This document shows, in pieces, positions 48,356-56,565 of a stretch of 58,045 nt of DNA. Both the position numbers and the translations under genes were made by a program. The notes beneath the pieces are model-generated. The model saw only the letters and a program-made list of their open reading frames with translations. It ran no database searches and had not been told where the DNA came from. The stretch lies in the NCBI GenBank assembly GCA_046484865.1, contig JAWOID010000132.1:1-58045 (forward strand), written 5' to 3'. How positions within the stretch are numbered: position 1 is the stretch's first letter; every line of letters begins with the position of its first letter. The DNA comes from Candidatus Krumholzibacteriia bacterium. Lineage in GTDB: Bacteria; Krumholzibacteriota; Krumholzibacteriia; LZORAL124-64-63.

Positions 48356-49075
48356 CTAGCGGAAGAGCGATCGCACCTCGCTCCAGCTCTTGTGATCGGC
48401 GCCGACGGCCAGGTTGTTGAAGATGACATTGTCGTAGAAGACGGCCGAGCCCGCGTAGTTGGTCGCGGTGTTCGCGAAGCCGAACTGCAGGATCTGGCCC
48501 ACGAGACCGGGGTCGATCACGATCGACAGGCCGAAGTCGGACCACGTGGCGGGGATGGCCGTCATGTCCACCGTGATGAAGTTCGTCATGGCGTAGCTGC
48601 TGCCTGGATCCAGCGTCTTGATGAACGCCAGGGCGGTGGTGCTGCCCTCCAGGTTGCCGATCTTGGCGTCGAAGCCGAAGAACCAGGTCTGCCCGACGTC
48701 ACCCGCCGTGACGGTCTGCTCCTGGAAGACGTTGGATTCGATGAAGGCACCGTTGCCGTGGTCGGCATTGTTGTAGTCGCTGATGACGACGAGTTGCTGG
48801 GTGCCCTGGGCCGCTCCGCCCTCGCCGGTGACGATCTGGGAGAAGGCGGGTCCGTCGTTGGGAGCGGGGAAGGGGCCATAGCCGTACCAGTACGACCAGT
48901 CGGGGCCGAAGACGTTGGCGAAGACGAGCCAGCCGTCGTTGGCGAGGGCGCCGGTATCCGTCTGGACCAGACCCTCGAAATCCTGGCTGTAGGGCTGGAG
49001 CGCGAAGGCGGCCGCTGGTATCAGGCAGACCAGGACCGCGACCGCGCCGATCGCTTTAGCGCTGCTCTTCATCAT
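48356..49075 (-). CDS. Secreted CBM-like protein with a short W..LFR C-terminal tail
   Basis: GAGAGG RBS, signal peptide, same domain as 43740..44711, ending AVGADHKSWSEVRSLFR. Confidence 0.8.
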   Translation of the reverse strand: MMKSSAKAIGAVAVLVCLIPAAAFALQPYSQDFEGLVQTDTGALANDGWLVFANVFGPDWSYWYGYGPFPAPNDGPAFSQIVTGEGGAAQGTQQLVVISDYNNADHGNGAFIESNVFQEQTVTAGDVGQTWFFGFDAKIGNLEGSTTALAFIKTLDPGSSYAMTNFITVDMTAIPATWSDFGLSIVIDPGLVGQILQFGFANTATNYAGSAVFYDNVIFNNLAVGADHKSWSEVRSLFR

Positions 49076-49190
49076 GATGACCTCTCGTTGAGGACGATTC
49101 GATGCCACCGGAATCCGTCGTGACGCTGCTCGCCATCGGCACGCTTCCGGCGGCGCGGCTCTGCTGGCGAATTCCCAGACTGTATTGTAG

Positions 49191-49215
49191 ACTATGTTCG
49201 GTTACCGAATCAAGT
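49191..49215. promoter_or_regulatory. Putative ROK operator 4
   Basis: ACTATGTTCGGTTACCGAATCAAGT. Confidence 0.72.
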
Positions 49216-49258
49216 CGAATCTGAAATTTCTCTTGACGGCGGTCGAGCGCCCGGGGGA

Positions 49259-49283
49259 ACTTGGTTCGGGGCCCGCACAAAGC
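49259..49283. promoter_or_regulatory. Putative ROK operator 5
   Basis: ACTTGGTTCGGGGCCCGCACAAAGC, downstream of TTGACG at 49233. Confidence 0.68.
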
Positions 49284-49336
49284 TGGCTCCAGCGCTCGTG
49301 GCACGGGCCCGAGCCCATGCGAAAGAGAATGATCTC

Positions 49337-50824
49337 ATGCCAGCCGCTACGCATTCCCGGACGGCACCCGAGGACCGGGTCAAGCTGACGCACAGGGCGG
49401 CGTACGGCGCTGGAGCGTTCGTCAACAACCTGCTGGCCGCCGCCAGCGGCGGCATGATGATCGTCCTGAACCTGGGGCTGGGCATGAACCCGGCGCTGGT
49501 GGGGTTGCTCGGAGCCTTGCCGCGGCTGACCGACGCGCTCACCGATCCCCTGATGGGATTCATCTCCGACCACTCCCGCACGCGGTGGGGGCGCAGACGA
49601 CCCTTCATCTTCGTGGGCGCCATCGCCGCCGGCATCATCTTCGCGTTGCTGTGGCAGCTGCCGCGCGGCCAGAGCGACACCTTCTACTTCGTCTGGTTCC
49701 TGGTGGGGTCCATCCTCTTCTACATGGCCTACACGGTGTTCGCCACACCTTGGGTGGCGCTCGGCTACGAATTGACTCCCGACTACAACGAGCGGACCCG
49801 ACTCATGGGTACGCAGAACTTCATCGGTCAACTGGCGTATGTCGCGTCGCCATGGTTCCTCTGGATCATGACGTATGAGGGGTTCTTCCGGGACCAGGTG
49901 GCCGGTGCCGGTGGTCTGGCGATCATCGTCGCGGTGGTGGCGATGGGGCTGGGGGTGCTGCCCGCCGTGGTCCTGCGCGAGCGCATGCTCGGGGTGGCCG
50001 TGGCACAGGCGAGTGCGGCCCGGGACCGCTCGGTCGCCCGCCGGGGCGACGGACTGAAGCGCAACCTGGTCGACTTCTTCAGGGGGTTCGGCACCACCCT
50101 GGCTTCCGGTCCCTTCGTGAAGCTGTGCGCGGCCACGTTCCTCGTGTTCAACGGCTTCATGCTCGTCTCGTCGTTCCAGTTCTACGTGATCATCTACTAC
50201 GTCTGCGGCGGTGATCAGGCCGAGGGCGCGAAGTACGCCGGGTATGCCGGTACCGTCACCGCGGTGTGCACGTTCGCCGTGGTCCTGGCCGTCACGTGGC
50301 TCGGCACCAGGATCGGCAAGCGGCGGGCGTTCTTCGTCGCCACGGGGCTGTCCATGCTGGGCTACGCGTTGAAGTGGGTCTGCTACGATCCGGACCTGCC
50401 GCTGCTGGTGGTGGCGCCCGCGCCTCTGCTGGCCTTCGGCCTGGGCGGTCTGTTCACGCTGATGCCGTCGATGGTCGCCGACGTGGTGGACACCGACGAG
50501 TTGAAGACCCACCAGCGCCGCGAGGGCATGTTCGGGTCCATCTTCTGGTGGACGGTGAAGCTGGGGATGGCCGCCGCGCTGGCCGGCGGCGGCTACCTGC
50601 TGAACGCCACCGGTTTCGACGTGACGCTCGGGGGGGATCAGGCGGACCGGACCATCTTCCTGATGCGTCTCAGCGACGCCGGCATTCCGATCGTCGCCTC
50701 GGCCATCGCGATCTGGGCGGTGGCGCGGTTCCCGATCACCGAGGCCATGGCGTTCGAGGTGCGGCAGGAACTCGAACGCCGGCGGGGGCAGCCGGGAGCC
50801 TCCGCGGCCCCCACCGCGCAGTAG
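49337..50824 (+). CDS. MFS sugar transporter, GPH (MelB-like) family
   Basis: Motifs DALTDPLMGFISD, WGRRRPF, ELTPDYNERT and ADVVD...RREG. Confidence 0.92.
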   Translation: MPAATHSRTAPEDRVKLTHRAAYGAGAFVNNLLAAASGGMMIVLNLGLGMNPALVGLLGALPRLTDALTDPLMGFISDHSRTRWGRRRPFIFVGAIAAGIIFALLWQLPRGQSDTFYFVWFLVGSILFYMAYTVFATPWVALGYELTPDYNERTRLMGTQNFIGQLAYVASPWFLWIMTYEGFFRDQVAGAGGLAIIVAVVAMGLGVLPAVVLRERMLGVAVAQASAARDRSVARRGDGLKRNLVDFFRGFGTTLASGPFVKLCAATFLVFNGFMLVSSFQFYVIIYYVCGGDQAEGAKYAGYAGTVTAVCTFAVVLAVTWLGTRIGKRRAFFVATGLSMLGYALKWVCYDPDLPLLVVAPAPLLAFGLGGLFTLMPSMVADVVDTDELKTHQRREGMFGSIFWWTVKLGMAAALAGGGYLLNATGFDVTLGGDQADRTIFLMRLSDAGIPIVASAIAIWAVARFPITEAMAFEVRQELERRRGQPGASAAPTAQ

Positions 50825-50834
50825 GGCGGCGGCC

Positions 50835-51902
50835 GTGTCCAGATTCTCCTCGGCGCTACCGATCCTCGTCGCCGGTCTGGCCGCGGCTGCGCTCGCAGGT
50901 TGCGGCGCCGGCTCCGACGCGGACTCCGCCGCGAGTGCCGCCGCCGACTCCGTCGCAGGCTCGGTCGCGGACTCCGCCGCGGACCGTCACGCGCGCGAGG
51001 AGCCGTTCGTCGTGCGTCCCTTCGATCCTCGCAGCGGCGGCCGCTGGATCGGCAACGCCGTGTGCTACGGACCCCATCGCGACGGGCAACGCCCGGGCGA
51101 ACGCTCGCCTTCGGCCGCTGAACTCCGGCAGGACCTGCGTCTCATGGCACCGCACTGGGCCCTGCTCCGCATCTACGGCTCCTCGGAATTCGCCGAGACG
51201 CTTCTGGCCGTGATCCGCGACCGCGGGTTCGAGATGAAGGTGATGCTGGGCGTGTGGATCGCTCCCGACGATCCCGCGGGCAACCGCCGCGAGGTCGACG
51301 CCGCGCTGCGTCTGGCGGCCGCGTACCCCGACGTCGTCCTCGCGATCAGCGTGGGAAACGAGACCCAGGTCTCCTGGTCCGCCCACCGGTCGCCCCTGGA
51401 CGACCTGATCGCCCATGTCCGCCGCGTGCGTGCAGGAGTCCGGGTTCCGGTCACGGCGGCCGACGACTTCGCCTTCTGGGACCGGGTGGAGAGCCGGAGG
51501 CTCGCCGCCGAGGTCGACTTCCTGACAGTGCACGCGCACCCCATGTGGAACGGCCTGCAGCTCGAGGATGCCGTCGCGTGGCTGCGTGCCCGGGCAGCCG
51601 CCGTCCAGGCGAGGCACCCGGAACGCGCGGTCGTGATCGGGGAGACGGGGTGGGCGACCTCGGTCCACGACCGAGGCGAGCAGGCCGAGTTGATCCGGGG
51701 CCGGCCCGGCGAAATCGAGCAGAAGCTGTTCCACGACGCCGTTCGAGCCTGGGCCGCGAACGAGCAGATGACGGTCTTCTACTTCGAGGCCTTCGACGAG
51801 AACTGGAAAGGCGGATCCCACCCCGACGAGGTCGAGAAGCACTGGGGTCTGTTCCGGGCCGACCGCGAGGCCAAGGCGGCGATCCGGTCACCTGCCAGGT
51901 GA
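50835..51902 (+). CDS. GH17 beta-1,3-glucanase/glucanosyltransferase, lipoprotein
   Basis: LAGC lipobox, CYGPHRDGQ, RIYG, VGNE, IGETGW, FEAFDENWK and HWGLF. Confidence 0.9.
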   Translation: MSRFSSALPILVAGLAAAALAGCGAGSDADSAASAAADSVAGSVADSAADRHAREEPFVVRPFDPRSGGRWIGNAVCYGPHRDGQRPGERSPSAAELRQDLRLMAPHWALLRIYGSSEFAETLLAVIRDRGFEMKVMLGVWIAPDDPAGNRREVDAALRLAAAYPDVVLAISVGNETQVSWSAHRSPLDDLIAHVRRVRAGVRVPVTAADDFAFWDRVESRRLAAEVDFLTVHAHPMWNGLQLEDAVAWLRARAAAVQARHPERAVVIGETGWATSVHDRGEQAELIRGRPGEIEQKLFHDAVRAWAANEQMTVFYFEAFDENWKGGSHPDEVEKHWGLFRADREAKAAIRSPAR

Positions 51903-51968
51903 TTCGCGGGCGCACCCGGTCCGAGCCGGGCGCACCCGGATGCGCCGCCTGCGGCCGCCCTCGCCGGA

Positions 51969-52955
51969 TCAGCCCTTCAGCTTCAGCAGTTCCGTCTCCA
52001 GCACGCCGCGGGCGATGTCCACCTTGGCGGCGTTGTGCTCGAGAGGCTGAGCGTCGGCCACGGCGGCCTCCGCGGCGCGGCGTGCCGTCTCCGTCGTGAG
52101 CGCCCGGCCGTTCAGCTCGGCCTCGGCCGCCTCGGATCGCCAGGGCACCGGCGCCACCCCGCCCAGGACCACCCGCGCATCGCGCACCTGGCCGCCGTCG
52201 AGATCCAGGACCAGGGCCGTGCTCACCACCGCGAAGTCCCACGCGCCTCGCGAGCGGACCTTGCGGTAGCTGCTGCGCGCACCCGACGGCAGGCCGGGCA
52301 CCAGGATCTCGGTGACGATCTCGCCGGCCTCGAGCACGGTCTCGCGGGTGGGGTCGTCGGCGGGCGGGACGAAGAACTCGCCCACCGGCACGGTGCGGTC
52401 TCCGCGAGGGCCGGCGACGGCCACGGTGGCGTCGAGGGCGGTGAGCGCCGGCGCCGTGTCCGACGGATGCACGTAGACGCACGCGTCGCCGCCCAGGATG
52501 CAGTGGAACTGGTTCTGGCCGTCCATGGCGGAGCAGAAGGCGCCGCCCCGCCGCACGCAGGGGAACTCGCCGCGGTAGTACCAGCAGCGCGGCTTCTGGC
52601 AGAGGTTGCCGCCCAGGGTGCCCTGGTTGCGCAGCTGCGGGCTGGCCACCGCCTGCGCCGCCTGCGCCAGGACCGGGAAGCGCCGGCTCACGTCGCGATC
52701 GGTCGCCACCCGGCTGATCGTCACCAGGGCGCCGATGCCCAGGCCGTCGCCGTTCCGCCCCGATCTCAGCTGCCGGATGCGCCGCAACTCGTCCAGATCT
52801 TTGAGGCTCACGAGCCGGCTCGCCGGGAACACGCCGTCTCTCAGGCAGCCGAGCAGGTCGGTGCCGCCGGACATCACGTGCACGTCGGCGCCGGTGGTCT
52901 GGTGGGCGGCGTCCTCGACGGACTTCGCCTTCAGGTAGGAGAAGTTCGGGAACAT
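51969..52955 (-). CDS. Xanthine dehydrogenase-family FAD subunit (PaoB/YagS-like, with 4Fe-4S Cys insert)
   Basis: Motifs GGTDLL, ASPQLRNQGTLGGNLCQ, CWYYR..C..GG..C and HPSD. Confidence 0.9.
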   Translation of the reverse strand: MFPNFSYLKAKSVEDAAHQTTGADVHVMSGGTDLLGCLRDGVFPASRLVSLKDLDELRRIRQLRSGRNGDGLGIGALVTISRVATDRDVSRRFPVLAQAAQAVASPQLRNQGTLGGNLCQKPRCWYYRGEFPCVRRGGAFCSAMDGQNQFHCILGGDACVYVHPSDTAPALTALDATVAVAGPRGDRTVPVGEFFVPPADDPTRETVLEAGEIVTEILVPGLPSGARSSYRKVRSRGAWDFAVVSTALVLDLDGGQVRDARVVLGGVAPVPWRSEAAEAELNGRALTTETARRAAEAAVADAQPLEHNAAKVDIARGVLETELLKLKG

Positions 52956-52957
52956 CG

Positions 52958-55348
52958 CTACCCCTCCTTCCGCGGGCCGGTGCCCTGCTGCCGGGACGAA
53001 GACGTGGAGGCCTGGAGCAGGCGCACCAGCTCCAGCGGCCACACGGGGCTGTGCAGCGGGCGGGCGCCGCAGGCGTCGTAGATGGCGTTCGCCACCGCAG
53101 CGGCGGTGGGAATGGTGACGGGCTCACCCAGTCCCTTGGCGCCGGTGATGTTGCTCTCGTCGTCCTCCAGATCGATCGGCACCGTCGCGATGTCTGCCGG
53201 CACGTCCAGGGCGGTCGGCAGCTTGTAGTCGTGCCAGCTCTTGTTGCAGATCTTGCCGCTCTGGCCGACGTCGAGGATGCGAGCCTCGGTCAGACCGAGG
53301 CCGATGCCCATGGTGATGCCGCCGATCACCTGGCTCTCGTAGGTCCTGCGGTTCATCACCCGGCCGCTGTCGTGGGCGCCCACGAAGCGCAACACGCGCA
53401 CCTCGCCGCTGCGCGTGTCGACCTCCACCTCGCAGAACTGCGCCGCGAAGGGGCTGACCACCTTGCCTTCGGGATTGGGGCCGCGGTGCCCCACGCCCTC
53501 GATGCTGCGCTTGCGGCGCAGGCCGTCCATGTCCGCCACCACCACCTTCCGGTCGGGATCGCCGGAGACGTGGATGGTCTCGCCGGCGAAGCTCAGCTCC
53601 TCCACCGGCACACCGAGGTCGTCGGCGGCCAGCTGCATGAGTTGCCGCTTCACCTTCACCGCGGCGTTGCGCACGGCGGGGGCGTCGGTGGGGACCGTCT
53701 TGCTGCCGCCGCTCGGACCGGAGAACGGTACGGTGGTGGTGTCGGCGTTGTTGATGCGGATGGTCTCCGGGCGCACGCCCAGCTCCTCGGCCACCACCTG
53801 CGCCATCACCGTCTTGGTGCCGGTGCCGATGTCGGCCGCGCCCATCTCCAGGCTCACGCTGCCGTCGGAGAACATGGTGACCACCGCGCCGGCGGGCGGG
53901 CCGCCGCCGCCGGCGATCCACTCGCAGGCGGCCATGCCCACTCCGCGCCGGATGTGGGCTCCGCGATCAGCGTCGTCGCCGCCCGCCTCCTGCTCCCGCG
54001 CGCGGCGCGTGCGCCGGCGCGCCTCCTCCCACCCGAACTCCCGGGCGCCATCGCGCAGACACTCGGCGAGTCCGGTCGTGGTGTACGGCGGCTGCCCGTC
54101 CCGTCCCTGGCTCACGCGGGGCACGTTCTTCAGGCGCAGCTCCACGGGATCCATGTCGATGGCCTCGGCCAGCTCGTCGATCATCTGCTCCAGGGCCCAG
54201 GAGCCCTGAGGATGGCCGGGGGCCCGGAAGGGTCGCTGCACGCCGGCGTGGGTGTACCAGTCGACCGACTCGGTCCGCACGTTGGGGCAGGTGTAGAGAT
54301 CGCGCACCTGCCAGTCGCACAGGCCGGTGCCGCCCGCCCAGGCGCCGCCGGTGCCCTCGCAGTGGAAGTCGAGCGCCGTGAGGGTGCCGTCGTTCTTCAC
54401 GCCCGCCTTCAGGCGCATGGAGCTGGCCGGCCGGTTGCCGGCGTCCAGCATCGTGTCCTCGCGGTTGAGGAACACCTTCACCGGGCGGGCCGTGATCTCC
54501 GCCAGCAGCGCGGCGACCACCGCGTAGGTGCCGGTCTGCAGCTTGCTGCCGAATCCGCCGCCCATGTAGTGGCCTATCGCCCGCACTCGCGACAGCGGCA
54601 GGTTCAGGGCACGGGCCAGCTGCTCCTGCACCGCGAACGCGCCCTGCGTCGACTCGTGGACGGTGAGATTGCGACCATCCCAGAACGCCACCGCCCCGTG
54701 CAACTCCATCGGGGTGTGCAGCTCGGTGGCCGTGGTGTACTCGCGCTCGAGCACCACGTCGGCCTCCGCGAAGCCCTGCTCCACGTCGCCGCGCTGGTTC
54801 TGCCGGGGCTCGCCGATGCGGTTCCCATCCGCGTGCACCCTGGGCGCTCCTTCGGCGGCGGCGTCATCCACGGTGACGACATGGGGCAGCACCTCCCACT
54901 CCGCGGCCAGCGCCTTCAGCGCGTCCTCCGCCTCGTAAGGGGTATCGGCTGCCACGGCGGCCACCGGCTGTCCCTCGAACAGGCACTCGCGGGCGAAGAG
55001 GGGCTGCTCCTCGCCACGCCCGTACGACCACTCGACCCGCTTGGCCGCGGGGCTGCCGTCGTGCAGCACGGCGCGCACGCCGGGCGACTTCTCGGCGGCC
55101 TGCACGTCGATCGACTTCAGGCGCGCGTGCGGATGAGGACAGCGCAGCAGCGCTCCGTACAGCATGCCGGGCATGATGATGTCGGAGGGGTAGATCGCGG
55201 CGCCGCTCAGTCGTTCGTAGCCGTCCACCCGGGGAATGCCGTCACCCACGATGGCGGTCGTTCCCCAAGGCTCCGGTTCGTCGCCGACGGCCGGCGTCTC
55301 GGGCAACGAGACGCCTTGCTCGTAGTAGAGCTTCTCGCGCTCGTTCAT
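52958..55348 (-). CDS. Xanthine dehydrogenase-family molybdopterin-binding subunit (PaoC/YagR-like)
   Basis: Motifs GGGFGSK, FRAPG, DIGTG, SQVIGG and AKGLGE. Confidence 0.92.
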   Translation of the reverse strand: MNEREKLYYEQGVSLPETPAVGDEPEPWGTTAIVGDGIPRVDGYERLSGAAIYPSDIIMPGMLYGALLRCPHPHARLKSIDVQAAEKSPGVRAVLHDGSPAAKRVEWSYGRGEEQPLFARECLFEGQPVAAVAADTPYEAEDALKALAAEWEVLPHVVTVDDAAAEGAPRVHADGNRIGEPRQNQRGDVEQGFAEADVVLEREYTTATELHTPMELHGAVAFWDGRNLTVHESTQGAFAVQEQLARALNLPLSRVRAIGHYMGGGFGSKLQTGTYAVVAALLAEITARPVKVFLNREDTMLDAGNRPASSMRLKAGVKNDGTLTALDFHCEGTGGAWAGGTGLCDWQVRDLYTCPNVRTESVDWYTHAGVQRPFRAPGHPQGSWALEQMIDELAEAIDMDPVELRLKNVPRVSQGRDGQPPYTTTGLAECLRDGAREFGWEEARRRTRRAREQEAGGDDADRGAHIRRGVGMAACEWIAGGGGPPAGAVVTMFSDGSVSLEMGAADIGTGTKTVMAQVVAEELGVRPETIRINNADTTTVPFSGPSGGSKTVPTDAPAVRNAAVKVKRQLMQLAADDLGVPVEELSFAGETIHVSGDPDRKVVVADMDGLRRKRSIEGVGHRGPNPEGKVVSPFAAQFCEVEVDTRSGEVRVLRFVGAHDSGRVMNRRTYESQVIGGITMGIGLGLTEARILDVGQSGKICNKSWHDYKLPTALDVPADIATVPIDLEDDESNITGAKGLGEPVTIPTAAAVANAIYDACGARPLHSPVWPLELVRLLQASTSSSRQQGTGPRKEG

Positions 55349-56142
55349 CGCTCACCTCCCGCGTCGCGGCCGGTCCGGTCACCGGCGCTGCGGCCGTCGA
55401 TGCCGCGGCCGTGGCCGCCGCCGATGCCGCGGCTATCGCCGCGGGCAGCGCCGCCGGCGCCGCTGGTGCCTCGGCCGGTGCCACCGCCGTTGCCGCCGCG
55501 AGAGCCGGCGGCCCGCTCGGCCGCGGCGAAGATGTGCGCGTAGGCGCCGCAGCGGCACAGGTTGCCGCTGACGCCGGTGCGGATCTGCTCGAGATCGGGA
55601 TGCGGCTGCGCCCTCAGCAAGCCCTCCACGGCCATCACCTGTCCCGGTGTGCAGTAGCCGCACTGGTAGGCATCCTCGGCCAGGAAGGCCTGCTGCACAT
55701 CGCCGAGCTGTTCGCCGTCCATGAGGCCTTCGAGGGTCGTGATCTCGTGGCCCTCCGCCTCCACGGCGAGAGTGAGGCAGGCATAGCGCGGCACATCGTC
55801 CACGAGGACGGTGCACGCACCGCACTCGCCGCGCTCGCAGCCCACCTTGGTCCCGGTCAAGCCCAGACGTTCGCGCAGCACGAACAGCAGGGGCCAGCGC
55901 GGCTCCACCAGCACGCGGTGCTGGCGGCCGTTGATGCGCAGGACCACCGGCGTGGTGGCGCCGGCGGGGATCTCCCGCGCCGGTTCCTCGGGGTCGCGGG
56001 CGGCGGCGCTGCTGGCGGCGGCACTGCTGGCGGCCACGGCCGCTGCGCCCAGGCCAACGGTCTTGAGGAAGCCCCGGCGGCTGAAGCCGCTCGGGACGAT
56101 TTCGGCTGGCAGCCGGGGGAGATCGGGTCGGTCGTCGGTCAT
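55345..56142 (-). CDS. 2Fe-2S subunit with Tat signal (PaoA/YagT-like)
   Basis: SRRGFLK Tat motif, GCERGECGAC, QCGYC and NLCRC. Confidence 0.92.
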   Translation of the reverse strand: MTDDRPDLPRLPAEIVPSGFSRRGFLKTVGLGAAAVAASSAAASSAAARDPEEPAREIPAGATTPVVLRINGRQHRVLVEPRWPLLFVLRERLGLTGTKVGCERGECGACTVLVDDVPRYACLTLAVEAEGHEITTLEGLMDGEQLGDVQQAFLAEDAYQCGYCTPGQVMAVEGLLRAQPHPDLEQIRTGVSGNLCRCGAYAHIFAAAERAAGSRGGNGGGTGRGTSGAGGAARGDSRGIGGGHGRGIDGRSAGDRTGRDAGGER

Positions 56143-56565
56143 GACTGGACGCTCCCTGGCTCGGGTTCAAGGGAAGGCCGATCATGCTCGGTGCACTCCG
56201 AGCTTGTCAACCGGGCCGGCATGTGCATAGATGGGTGCAAGCGCCGCCGGTCGCCACCCCGCCGGCGGTGCGCTGGGGTCCGGGTGCGGCAGTTCGGTTC
56301 GACTGACAAGTGGGACCATATAACTCCAGATACTCCGGCTCGACGGCTCGAGCCGAGCGAGATCGACTGCTGACCCCGGACCTCACCCTCGAGCTACGAC
56401 CGCGGTTCCTCACCGATCGCGGGTGACGTCTGCTTGCGGGGTGGACACGGCCGCGTCCATCACTCGACCGGCGAGCTCTTCGCCACTCCGGCCGTGTCGC
56501 CCCGCAGGTTGGCCGTCCGTCCTGCGAGGCGCCTCCGCTGGCCTCCGCCCCCGTGAGGGTTCCCC

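Noticed and set aside
33600..51902. Glucan locus as a mobile genomic island
   Set aside because: I saw no integrase, transposase, tRNA or flanking repeats, and cannot quantify a compositional shift by eye.
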